63,571 bases of DNA, filler included, from Octopus bimaculoides (GCF_001194135.2; 6 parts of 6 records of this genome joined end to end with filler, not necessarily neighbours in it), one strand, 5' to 3'. Positions 49,770 to 61,126 are shown, counted from the first letter of the whole stretch. Translations and numbers: made by a program. Notes: generated from the letters alone by a model not told the origin.

Positions 49770-49970
49770 AAGTACTCACAATATTCTGATGTAATTTGAT
49801 AGCCGACCTCTCCATTGCAGCTCACTATTTACTGCAATGTGGATCATCATTTCTTCATTAGACACTTTGTCTATACATGCTATCCTCAATATTCTCCTGA
49901 AGAACCATATTTTACAGCTCTCCAAGCACCTTCTCATTTTAATTCTTCTCCACTTCCACACATTAACACA
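49770..49970 (-). pseudogene. RTE-type LINE C-terminal fragment
   Basis: MRRCLESCKIWFFRRILRIACIDKVSNEEM resembles the LEA.EMWF.RR.LRI.W.D.V.NEEV motif. Confidence 0.7.
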
Positions 49971-49973
49971 GAG

Positions 49974-50190
49974 GGAAGGAATTCCAACCCTGTTTTGTGG
50001 TTTGCCACCTCAACAGCTCCTCTATAGGATCCAATGGCTAAAGACATCATCAAGAGGAACCACGACCGGTTTCGGCCCCTACTCCTCTACCGTTTTCGAC
50101 GTGGCAGGCCCCTACCTCCTTTCGGAAGTGTCTTCAGCTTTGGTGTTGAGTGCATTTCTTCTTTCTCCTTCTTTCTTCTGTTCCCTGGCC
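49974..50190 (-). repeat. Unclassified dispersed repeat, copy 2
   Basis: Inverse of 1-191. Confidence 0.8.
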
Positions 50191-50214
50191 TCTTCGAAGC
50201 AGCGCCAACGAGTG

Positions 50215-50725
50215 TCAGCGTGGTATGAACAAACCCCAGAAGGAGTCATCGAGAATGAGAATTGCAAAATCCTGTGGGATACAATTCAGTGTGATCACCT
50301 GACCAGACATCAGAAACCGGACATTATTGTGGTGAATAGAAAAGAAAGAACATTGTATGATAATCGACATAGCCCCGGTGACAACAGGATCAATGCGAAA
50401 GGAGAAGACAAAATAAACAACTATGACGATTTGAAGTGGGAAATACGAAGGCTGTGGTCAATGAGGAGAGTGGATGTGATACCAATGGTAATTTGCACAC
50501 TTGGAAGGATCAGCGCTCGACTCCCAACATGGCTAAAGAAGGTCGGTACAAGTGTGAAAGTAGAAGACCTACAAAAATCAGCCTTGCTTGGAACTGCAAG
50601 AATTCTTCGCAGAGTTCTTGAAGCATGACCAGTAAACAAGTGTCTCCTTAGTCTGCTGGATGTGGACAGATGGCACTTTCCATCATACCCAGCAAAATAA
50701 GCTGTGAGTTCTCATCACATAAAAT
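50215..50725 (+). pseudogene. Dong/R4-like LINE 3' end (REL endonuclease)
   Basis: WYEQTPEGVIENENCKILWD..HQKPDIIVV..YDDLKWEIRRLW..VIPMVICTLG..LQKSALLGTARILRRVLEA*, followed by ~95 bp of 3' UTR. Confidence 0.9.
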
Positions 50726-51016
50726 TAAAGTCTGACAAATACATTACCGACAAGCCCAGGACTTATAAATATCCGATGTAGAGAAAATGGCTTTACAAAG
50801 GACAATACACAATGAATCGAGAAAATGCAAAAAAAATGAAATGAAACATTGCGTCTAGCCAAGGAATTTGGAACTGTACTCAGTTATGCAGTAAAAGTAC
50901 ATAAGAAATGAAAACTAATGAATAATAATAATAATTATTATTATTATTTTGAGATATTAGCAAAGGAGTGAGCTTCATAACATACCAATTTTTTTAATGC
51001 TTTCAAATAATGTGAT

Positions 51017-51356
51017 TACGGAGATGCACATGCATAGCAAGTGACCTGATCTGAGATCGTATGCTGAAACGTAAACAATTGCAGCATGGAAGGTGTTTGT
51101 AAGCCATTTAAAAACACACAAAAACCGTTAGATTCACTTCAACATTTAAATTTAATTTGCCAAAATATTTTCCTCGCTTTGAGACCGCCACCCGATCACT
51201 GAGAAAATTCTTTGATATAGCATGGAATTTTGTCAGTGAACAGGTCGCGGTCTCAAAGCGACGAAAATATTTTGGCAAATTAAATTTAAATGTTGAAGTG
51301 AATCTCACGGTTTTTGTGTGTTTTTAAATGGCTTATGAACACCTTCCACGCTGCAA
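51017..51356. mobile_element. Long fold-back element (132-bp arms, 14-nt loop) with a 5' extension, flanked by 13-bp direct repeats
   Basis: 51079-51210 is the inverse of 51225-51356. caaataatgtgat occurs at 51004-51016 and 51354-51366. Confidence 0.8.
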
Positions 51357-51499
51357 ATAATGTGATGTTATAGATTAAAAACTATCCAAGAACTCCAAAC
51401 CAGATCAAACCAGACCAGACCAAATCAAACCATTATTATAATTTCTGTGATGTACTATTTTCTAGATTTAGATATTGATTTTCTTGAGTTGAGTGTCCA

Positions 51500-51715
51500 T
51501 CTTTTATCTTTTACTTGTTTCAGTCATTGGATTGCGACCATCTTGGGGCAAGGCCTTGAAATTATAGTCAAACAAATCGACAATAGTACTTCTTTTCTTA
51601 TAACTCTGGTACATATTCTATCGTCATCTTTTGGCAAACCGCTAAGATACGGGGACGTGAACAAACCAATAGCGGTTATCAAGTGATGAGGGAAGAACAA
51701 ACACAAATACAAAGA
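51500..51715 (-). mobile_element. Degenerate type C SINE 3' half
   Basis: cttttacttgtttcagtcatt..gcaaaccgctaagatacggggacg. Confidence 0.7.
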
Positions 51716-51907
51716 TACTCACACACACACACACTAACACACGCACACGCACACACACCCATATCTTGTCCGTACAGTTAGATGTACGACATGTGATCTG
51801 TGTAAACATAATGCAAAGAACCACTACAGTGAAACGGATGTAGGGTACAAATGATATAAACTGCGTCGTGTGTTTGTCAAAATTTCCTACTACTACTACT
51901 ACTACAG

Positions 51908-51945
<38 letters not shown>

Positions 51946-51964
51946 ACACACACACACATGAAAA

Positions 51965-52215
51965 AGCGTGTGGCATTGTGATTGTGGGTTCGATTTCCTG
52001 ACGGAGCAGCCCATGGTGTTCTCGAGCAAAACACTTCATTTCATGTTGCTCCAGTTCGCTCAGCTGTAAATGGGTAACTTTGCGACAGAGTAGTCTTCCG
52101 ATCGGGGTAGAGGTAGGAATGTTAGCCTGCTCACCCAGCCAGCGAGGTGGTGTCATTCCAAAGTGAAAACAATGTGAAGCAACAACATCCGATAGTCTGG
52201 TCGATCACGTGATAT
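51965..52215 (+). mobile_element. tRNA-derived SINE (type D), 5'-decayed
   Basis: B box ggttcgatttcc; gagcaaaacacttcatttcatgttgctccagttc.ctcagctg is shared with 58490-58713. Confidence 0.7.
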
Positions 52216-52315
52216 NNNNNNNNNNNNNNNNNNNNNNNNNNNNNNNNNNNNNNNNNNNNTTAATTAATTAANNNNNNNNNNNNNNNNNNNNNNNNNNNNN
52301 NNNNNNNNNNNNNNN

Positions 52316-52662
52316 GAAAACACAAATAGTGAGCGGTGTACCACAGGGCACTGTCTTGGGACCACTATTTTTCATAGTAGCCTTCTCAGATATACCCTCA
52401 GCTGCCCGGATAGACACCCTTGCTAGCTATGAAGACGATATGAAAGTCTCGCAGAAAATACAGAACCCCTGCGATGTTGCACACCTGCAGCAGAAGTTGG
52501 ACTCAATTTACAAGTGGGCTGAGGACAATAATATGCAGTTTAATGCTGAAAATTTCCAAGCCTTGCGCAATCAGCATCCAAAATTGAATATAAAACTTAC
52601 AGGGTCCACTGGTCCACAGGGGATTACAATCCCAGAGCCTAAATCACTGAGGAACTTGGGTT
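52316..52662 (+). pseudogene. CR1-type reverse transcriptase fragment
   Basis: SGVPQGTVLGPLFF..YEDDMKV..LQQKLDSIYKWAEDNNMQFNAENFQ..SLRNLG. Confidence 0.88.
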
Positions 52663-53652
52663 TCGACGTAGCGTAACGAAAACAGCCGAAATGTTTGGTG
52701 TATCAAAAAGTACTGTCTCGAAACTAATGACAGCCTTTGAGAAAGAGGGAAAAACCTCGTCGAAACAAAACTCAGGAAGAAAACCAAAACTTTCAGATAG
52801 GGACCGTCGGACTCTAACGCGAATTGTTAGAAAGGATCACAAAAGAACAGCTCCCAAAATTACTGTAGAGCTTAATGACCACCTTGAGAATCCAATCTTC
52901 ACAAGCACTGTTCGCCGGGAGCTGCACAAAGCCAGATTTCACGGGAGGGCTGCAATCAGAAAACCACTACTTTCACAAAAAAAAAAAAAACCTTGCAAAG
53001 CGTTTAGAGTGGAGTAAAAATCTATAGAATTGGTCCCTAGAGCAGTGGAAGAATGTTATTTTCTCGGATAAGCCAACCATTACCTTATTTCCGACCACCG
53101 GCCGAGTATACGTGTGGAGACAGCCAAAAGAAGCACTTGACCCAGACTGCCTTCTTCCAACTGCTAAACATGGAGGAGGATCTGTAATGATCTGGTGAGG
53201 GTGGGGTGGGTCTATGTCTTGGAAATCCGCCGGCCCAATGGATTCCCTTCATGGCAGAATTAATAGTCAGGACTATTTCAGCATTCTGTCTGATCAAATT
53301 CATCCTATGGTTGCAGAACTGTTTCCGGAGGGATATGCAATCTTTCAGGATGATAATGCGCCAATTCACACAGGTAAAGTTGTTACTGAATAGCACGAGG
53401 AACATTCTAGTGAAGTTGAACATCTTATCTGGCCACCACAGTCCCCAGATCTCAATATTATTGAACATTTATGGTGCATTTTAGAAAAACAAGTAAGGAG
53501 TTGATATCCTCCACCATCCTCACTACAAGAACTGGAGACTGTTTTAACTGAAGAATGGACAAAAATTCCTTTGGAAACAATTCAAACTTTGTACGAGTCC
53601 ATACCTCGTAGAATTCAAACTGTAATTACTGCCGAAGGCGTTCTTATCCCAT
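52663..53652 (+). mobile_element. Tc1-family transposase pseudogene with DD36E spacing; related to 19445-20576
   Basis: VTKTAEMFGVSKSTVS..RKPLL, then FQDDNAPIH-(36 residues between D and E)-SPDLNIIEHLW..IPLETIQTLYESIPRRIQTVI. Confidence 0.92.
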
Positions 53653-53933
53653 NNNNNNNNNNNNNNNNNNNNNNNNNNNNNNNNNNNNNNNNNNNNNNNN
53701 NNNNNNNNNNNNNNNNNNNNNNNNNNNNNNNNNNNNNNNNNNNNNNNNNNNNNNNNNNNNNNNNNNNNNNNNNNNNNNNNNNNNNNNNNNNNNNNNNNNN
53801 NNNNNNNNNNNNNNNNNNNNNNNNNNNNNNNNNNNNNNNNNNNNNNNNNNNNNNNNNNNNNNNNNNNNNNNNNNNNNNNNNNNNNNNNNNNNNNNNNNNN
53901 NNNNNNNNNNNNNNNNNNNNNNNNNNNNNNNNN

Positions 53934-53964
<31 letters not shown>

Positions 53965-53968
<4 letters not shown>

Positions 53969-54170
53969 CTCTTTTACTTGTTTCAGTCATTTGACTGCGG
54001 CCATGCTGGAGCACCACCTTTAGTCGAAGAAATCGACCTCAGGACTTATTCTTTGTAAGCCTAGTACTTATTCTATCGGTCTCTTTTGCCGAGCCGCTAA
54101 GGTTACGGGGACTTAAACACACCAGCATCAGTTGTCAAGCGATGTCGGGGGCACAAACGCTGACACATAT
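53965..54170 (-). mobile_element. Type C SINE 3' half (young-looking copy)
   Basis: ttactcttttacttgtttcagtcatttgactgcggccatgctggagcacc..cacaaacgctgacac. Confidence 0.85.
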
Positions 54171-54176
54171 ATATAG

Positions 54177-55700
54177 ACACACCTCGTCTGAAGATATGCA
54201 AATCGGTTTCTTTTAAATGAAATGAATGTACATGTACATAAGAAGCTGAAATTTTAGAATGTTGGTATAAATACTCTTTCTTAATTGTGACTAAAATTTG
54301 ACATACATCCGATCTGTCTTTCGTGAGTAATTGAGAATTTACTGAGATTGGCTGTCTGAAGTTATTATACAAATGTTGGATTTGTTATTTGCTCTGCGTA
54401 TCAGGTCAATTAAAATATAAGAACCCATTATGAACTTTTTACTAATTCAAAGAACAATGTTTTAATATATAGTTGAAACAATTTACATGTTGCTATAACG
54501 ACCTTTCTTTTCAATCAAAGTTACTAATCTGTTGTCCGTTGAATTTATTAGTTTTCCAATTCGATCTGGTGAAACTGCAGCTGTAATACTTTGTATAGTA
54601 TCCTACAGTTCTACCTTACTGTTGTACTGTTTGCCTCCTGACCAGAGGTTTTCTACTGAGTTCAAGTCAAGGCTTGATGGTGGCCACTCCATTATTTTGT
54701 CTTCAGCAAGTCGTTTGCACTCAAGAAACTCACGAGTTAGGTGAGAAGCATTGTCATGCATAAACATGCATTTTATCTTGAAACTGTGAGGTTGACGCTT
54801 CTACCATTCAAAGAAAAAGTTTGATCCAAGAATTCACAATAATTGACTTTTACATCTTCGTGAACTTTAAATGGCCCAGTGATGGTTCTATTAACAATAC
54901 CAGCCCATATCATTACACCACCATCACCTTGTTGCTGTCTTCTCATCATAGGAGCGTCATGGCCTGACAGAACCCATCCTTTAGCCCATCATCTGGACCA
55001 TCTAATGTGATGCGCGATTAGTCAGTGAATATAACGTTTCTGAAATCTGTTTTTAAGTACTTTTTTTTGCCTACTTTAGACGTTTATCGATATTAGTTGG
55101 AAATAAAGGAGGCTGGCGAGGAGATTTTTTCATAGCACCAATGTCGTGAAGGACTCTACACCTTTTATCTCTCTTTACTCCAACAATCCCAGTCATATTA
55201 AATATCTTATCACAACTGAGTAGTGGGTTTTTAGCGACAACGCTTTTCAGATGACGTTTATCTCCCGTGGACAAGTTCTTGAACCCCTTTCCAAACTTTG
55301 ATTTCCTGTTCTTTGTTATATCTTTAATTTTTTTTTTTATTGTTCGATGATCTCGGCTAAGCTGCTTCAAAATGTTCAAAGAGGACATGCCATCACTTTT
55401 CAGACGCTGTTATATCTTTCTTTTTTTACCCATGATTATATTACGACCTGCAAAATAACAAAAACGTATTACTAACACTGTAAAAATATAAATTCCAACA
55501 TTTGCATAACTTCAGACAGCCAGTTTCAGTAAATTCTCAATTACTCACGGAAAACAGATCAGATGTATGTCAAATTTTAGCCACAATTAAGAAAGAGCAT
55601 TTATACTAACATCCTAAAATTTCAGCTTCCTATGTACATGTACATACATTTTATTAAAAAAAAAACCCGATTTGCATAATAACTTCAGACAAGTTGTGTG
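54177..55700 (-). mobile_element. Near-complete Tc1 element of IR/DR type, TRT(DD37E)-like, degenerate
   Basis: ~210-bp TIRs (54177-54385 and 55490-55700), each with two gtctgaagttat..gcaaa direct repeats. Motifs KTDFRNVIFTD*SRITLDGPD, WAKGWV, HDNA..IMEWPPSSLDLNSVENLW. Confidence 0.88.
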
Positions 55701-56826
55701 GCAAGACGAACTACTAGCGTTCTACCTCAGATTCGCGTTTGGCCGTACGGCTTTTGAATGTTGTTTTCACTGTCCAATTTTTCCTGTCTTGGTTTGTGTT
55801 TGCCACCTTGGAATCCTCTGTGTAGTGGGTTGATCCACTACTCAGGAAGAGACTATTCTAGAGTACGTTCTGTCTTATCTTCGAAACGTCTAGTTAGAAT
55901 AGAGACAGCTGATGAAGGGATATTCCAAGTGGCTTTCCGTTTTCCTATGTGTTCGTTCCGTTGTCTGTAGTTCATTGTTCTAACGTCCTGTACCCTGATA
56001 TGCATATATATACACATCACATGTAGATGTAAGNNNNNNNNNNNNNNNNNNNNNNNNNNNNNNNNNNNNNNNNNNNNNNNNNNNNNNNNNNNNNNNNNNN
56101 NNNNNNNNNNNNNNNNNNNNNNNNNNNNNNNNNNNNNNNNNNNNNNNNNNNNNNNNNNNNNNNNNNNNNNNNNNNNNNNNNNNNNNNNNNNNNNNNNNNN
56201 NNNNNNNNNNNNNNNNNNNNNNNNNNNNNNNNNNNNNNNNNNNNNNNNNNNNNNNNNNNNNNNNNNNNNNNNNNNNNNNNNNNNNNNNNNNNNNNNNNNN
56301 NNNNNNNNNNNNNNNNNNNNNNNNNNNNNNNNNNNNNNNNNNNNNNNNNNNNNNNNNNNNNNNNNNNNNNNNNNNNNNNNNNNNNNNNNNNNNNNNNNNN
56401 NNNNNNNNNNNNNNNNNNNNNNNNNNNNNNNNNNNNNNNNNNNNNNNNNNNNNNNNNNNNNNNNNNNNNNNNNNNNNNNNNNNNNNNNNNNNNNNNNNNN
56501 NNNNNNNNNNNNNNNNNNNNNNNNNNNNNNNNNNNNNNNNNNNNNNNNNNNNNNNNNNNNNNNNNNNNNNNNNNNNNNNNNNNNNNNNNNNNNNNNNNNN
56601 NNNNNNNNNNNNNNNNNNNNNNNNNNNNNNNNNNNNNNNNNNNNNNNNNNNNNNNNNNNNNNNNNNNNNNNNNNNNNNNNNNNNNNNNNNNNNNNNNNNN
56701 NNNNNNNNNNNNNNNNNNNNNNNNNNNNNNNNNNNNNNNNNNNNNNNNNNNNNNNNNNNNNNNNNNNNNNNNTTGTTTCTCCCCTCTAGCCCTTTGTGGG
56801 CAATAAAGAAATATATATATATGTGT

Positions 56827-57047
56827 GGCTAGCTGGCAGAAACGTTAGTGCGCCGGGCGAAATGCTTAGCGTTATTTCGTCTGCCGTTACGTTCTGAGTT
56901 CAAATTCCGCCGGGGTCGACTTTGCCTTTCATCCTTTCGGGGGTCGATAAATTAAGTACCAGTTACGCACTGGGGTCGATGTAATCGACTTAATCCCTTT
57001 GTCTGTCCTTGTTTCTCCCCTCTAGCCCTTTGTGGGCAATAAAGAAA
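56827..57047 (+). mobile_element. Full-length tRNA-derived SINE (type B)
   Basis: A-box-like tggcagaaacgttag, B box gagttcaaattcc, central gcctttcatcctttcggggtcgataaa.taagtacc, and tail gggcaataaagaaata(TA)n. Confidence 0.85.
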
Positions 57048-57659
57048 TATATATATATGTGTGTATATATGGAGAGAGAGAGAGAGAAGGAAAGAGAGAA
57101 AGGGAAAGGATGAGGTAACAAAACTTGCCACAACTTCATAAGCTTCGTTGTATCTTCATGTCTATCCCCCTTCCTTCCTTCCTTCCCCCTCTCTCCCCTT
57201 AAAATGTCATACTACTCTTACCCTTTCCCTCTTACATATGTTCTTTAACTCCTTCACTTACTCGCCTTCTCACTTCCCAGAATCCTAGGTCGTTACTCAT
57301 TCTCTCTCTCTCTCTTTTGTTTTTCTCTGTACCTCTTCGTTGATTCCACTATCACACCTCTATTTTTCTCTTCTCCCTCACTTACTCTGTCTGCTTGTCT
57401 GTCTATCTTTCGACATTCACTGTTATCGACGCCAATGTCACCCTCGGCGCCTCACTGCATCTACTATAACTACCAACTGTGTATTTCTTATCTGATTTGA
57501 GTCACATCCTTTAGCGCTACACAAAAGCTAGTTAGGAACGTAGTATCATTATATACACCTTCTTTTCTCAAAGTATTTCTAATCTATATTTACACTTGTA
57601 ATGCATTTACTCTCTTCCCTGTTTGAGAAGAAAACTTCATTGGCGAAACTTTGAAGCCG

Positions 57660-57718
57660 CTTTCAAAGTTAGCTGATGCTTTCAAAGTTAGCTGATGCTT
57701 TCAAAGTATAGTTGATGC
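57660..57718. repeat. 19-bp tandem repeat x3 (ctttcaaagttagctgatg), in the probable SLC22 3' UTR
   Basis: Directly visible. Confidence 0.85.
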
Positions 57719-57970
57719 TCGCCACACATAAACATACACACTCATAAAGGCACACATACACATACAGGTACGCACAGAAAACCCTATCCCCACTGACATA
57801 CACATGCCTGTATAATCAAGCTATATTTCTCTGCCAAATAGGTAGACAAACAGAAAAAAACAAAAACAATCAGACGGACAGGTAGAGTGGCAAGCTCATT
57901 GACTGTTTTGAACCGCTCCTGTTTTATATTATACATTTCGTTGTGTTTTCCTTTCAGTTTTATCTGGGTT

Positions 57971-58162
57971 TCAAGTTTGGCCCAATGAGGGACTAACACT
58001 ACTGCGCTTTGCCTTCTTTTCAAGCTGCATATGATGGAGTTCTTCTGTGGTTTGGGGCAATGTTTTGTTTTTCGTTTCTGGCAACATAATCATAAGCATG
58101 ATTGCTGTGGTGGTACAGCCGACGCCCAGTATTAAGGTTGGCAGCCAAGGATATTCTAATGC
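57971..58162 (-). CDS. SLC22: Terminal coding exon of an SLC22-family (organic cation/anion transporter-like) MFS transporter: TM12 plus C-terminal tail
   Basis: Strong acceptor tttttttatttgtcatttacag|GCA. The 192 nt translate as ALEYPWLPTLILGVGCTTTAIMLMIMLPETKNKTLPQTTEELHHMQLEKKAKRSSVSPSLGQT*. PWLP..I.G followed by LPETK..LP.T.EE is the characteristic SLC22 C-terminal signature. Family-level call only. Confidence 0.9.
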   Translation of the reverse strand, partial: ALEYPWLPTLILGVGCTTTAIMLMIMLPETKNKTLPQTTEELHHMQLEKKAKRSSVSPSLGQT

Positions 58163-58199
58163 CTGTAAATGACAAATAAAAAAACTCAGTAATAGAATT

Positions 58200-58372
58200 T
58201 CTGCATCATCATCATCATCATCATCTAAACCACCTTCATCACCATCCTCCTTCCCTCCTCACCCTCCCCATCCCCACTCCCATCATCATCACTTCCATCA
58301 CCACCAGCATCATCATCATTACCATTAAAACCTCCTCACCATCGCCGCCATCATCATCATCATCATCATCAA
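58200..58372. repeat. Degenerate (CAT)n/(CAC)n tract in the last SLC22 intron
   Basis: Directly visible. Confidence 0.85.
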
Positions 58373-58457
58373 GGATGTCTTTGATCACAAGTCTTCTGGT
58401 CAAGAAATGACCCTAGAGCTAAACAACAATTAAAATACTATCAGAACTAATAAAAGC

Positions 58458-58488
<31 letters not shown>

Positions 58489-58489
58489 G

Positions 58490-58713
58490 GTAAAGTTACC
58501 TTCTCGAGTCATAAGGGCCAGTTTCCATGGCATATATATTCCCCACCTGGATGGGACACCTGTCCATCACAGGGTTACTCATTTTTGCCAGCTGAGTGAA
58601 CTGGAGCAACGGGAAATGAAGTGTTTCGCTCATGAACACAACGAGTCGCCCGATCCAGGAATTGAAACTACAATTTTACGATCATGAGTCCAACACCCTA
58701 ACCACTAAGCCAC
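58490..58713 (-). mobile_element. Full-length tRNA-derived SINE (type D) inserted in (TATG)n within the last SLC22 intron
   Basis: Minus strand ggaggcgcgTGGCTTAGTGG..GTTTCAATTCC. Confidence 0.85.
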
Positions 58714-58795
58714 GCGCCTCCACATGTATGTATATGTATGTATATGCATATACATATGTATGTATGTATGTATGTATATATATAGGTAGGTATGT

Positions 58796-58850
<55 letters not shown>

Positions 58851-59569
58851 ATAAATTCTTGGTTTACTGAAATCATTTCCCCTTGCAGAGAAGGTAGAAT
58901 GATAGCTTGCTGGCGATGGGGACCAACTTTAAATGAGAAGGGAAGATAATATATTAAGAATCAAGGCTTCTTCAAAACTGTCATGCCATTAAGGAAAAGA
59001 TTGACTGTGGCGAGACAAGAGAACAGCTGTGACACGTGATTCTGCACGCTGGCGATTGTTCTACCCACCCCGGAGGCGGAGACAATTTCAGTAACTCGAA
59101 AATGTGTATTGTGTTGCATTTATTATACCTTTATTCGTTTATGTTGTTCAAACACAGGTCACTGGATACCCTGAATTATCTCTCTCAGTTGATTTTCGGT
59201 TCATATATGTATGTATGTATATATGTGCTTGTTGTGTATGTATATATGTGTGTATTAATGTGTATATATCCCTTCACGTCCTTCTTCCTTGCTTGCTTTC
59301 TTTCTTTTTTTTTTTTGGTGAGACTAACGTCCGAAACGTTACGTCGTTCGCTTTCTTCATCTGAACTAAACTAATATCATATTAGTCAAATCTTGTTCTT
59401 TCCATATTTTTCCTTTTAGCATTTATTTTCTGTACACACACACACACACGCACACACACACACACTCAAACACACACACACGCACACACACACACGCACG
59501 CACGCACACATACACACACGCATGTACATGTATGAACAGATATACGCACGCGAACATATACATGTACAG

Positions 59570-59602
<33 letters not shown>

Positions 59603-60086
59603 TACCGTTTTGTCAGAAATTTTTGTTCAGTGTTGTCTAATCACAAAACTTATATTACGTTGATTAGACTATAAAACTCTTTTTGTTTTAAACTTTATCT
59701 CACCTTCACCCCATTATTTCAACCAGTTAGTTTTGTTATCATATCCCACTGCTAAATTTTTACATACAATCCCATGCTTCAGATAGCTCCAATCTCATGA
59801 AATATTTATGGATATACAAAGACACATCAAAAGTACATAGACACCATTACTTTCGAAAGTCTTATTTCTAGAAACAAAATAATGTCATTCGATGTAATTA
59901 GATACTTAATCTAGTAATTAGTAAACATGTCTTGAGGAAATTTGGTTACTATTTCTCATAGATCATGCGACCGCATAGAGGGTTCTGTCGTTGACTCGGA
60001 CTGACCGAAGCCTTTTGATAGCATGAATGTTGGAGTTGGGGAATAACTATCTTATTAATGCATACAAACAAAAGAAAGCAACTTAC

Positions 60087-60159
60087 CAGCAGTCTCAGGA
60101 ACGGGACTCCCATGACAAAAATTCGAGCTGAGGAAGAAGCCAGACCTAATCCAACGCTC
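60087..60159 (-). CDS. SLC22: Penultimate coding exon of the same SLC22-family gene (TM11)
   Basis: Acceptor tttcttatatatttcctatag|G and donor CTG|gtaagt. The 73 nt are 1+72 and give (R)SVGLGLASSSARIFVMGVPFLRLL, matching the SLC22 R.xGxG..S..AR.....PF motif. It ends in phase 0, matching the phase-0 start of the 58162 exon. I found no upstream exon between 60160 and 63571; it would lie in a gap or beyond the window. Confidence 0.88.
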
Positions 60160-60789
60160 CTATAGGAAATATATAAGAAATTATTGAGAGACGGATTGTT
60201 ATATGTGAATTAATTTGAAATAGAAAACTACTGGAATTCTACGCAAAGACACAAAATCATTTTCATTCAATGACACACGAAAATTTCGACAGGAAATATA
60301 AAGTTATTTTAACGTATCTACTCATTGTTAATACGTTCAGGCAGATTCGAACGTGAATAATTGATCACTGTCGTTTTTCCTCATCAGAAAATACCCTGTT
60401 CCTTTAAACGATGTGTTCATAGCAAACGCGATCCAGCAGTGTAACAGGACTCCGAGACAAGGCGGCGCTTCCACTTCATTGTGCGTCTTTTTACTCAAAG
60501 CCACAGCCCTCCCTCAAGCTGTTGAATGTAACATGAATACGAGTTCTTCTTTATTACAGTTAGCAAAGGAATTATTTGCTGGTGTGTGCTGATGTCAGCC
60601 AAACGTAATAATTTATAAGGTGCAACAAAATAAGCGAGAATCCAAACAATAATGTATCAATTCATTTTAAATATGTTCTGTTAGATTAGAATGAAAATAT
60701 TTGATCGTTGTTGTATTTCATCATCGGAGTACATCTCTCCCCTTTAAACGATGCGTGTTCATAATTCACGTGATTCGTTGATGTAAGGG

Positions 60790-60890
60790 GCCTTCCACAA
60801 AACAACCTTGCCCGGACTTGTGCCTCGGAGGGTAACTTTCTAGATGCAATCCCATGGTAATTCATGACCGAAAGGGGTTTCCTCCTCCAT
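60790..60890 (-). mobile_element. Fragment resembling an RTE-type LINE 5' UTR
   Basis: cccctttcggtcatgaattaccatgggattgcatctagaaagtt.ccctccgaggcacaagtccgggcaaggttgtt resembles a recalled RTE 5' region; unverified. Confidence 0.4.
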
Positions 60891-61082
60891 ATATACATAG
60901 ATACATATATATAGATACATATATATATATAGATACATATATACATACATACATACATAGATACATATATATATACATACATNNNNNNNNNNNNNNNNNN
61001 NNNNNNNNNNNNNNNNNNNNNNNNNNTTAATTAATTAANNNNNNNNNNNNNNNNNNNNNNNNNNNNNNNNNNNNNNNNNNNN

Positions 61083-61126
<44 letters not shown>

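Noticed and set aside
56774-56820. Apparent tandem SINE dimer
   Set aside because: Identical to 57011-57057 and adjacent to a gap; likely an assembly duplication, although 27777-27825 hints that real tandems exist.
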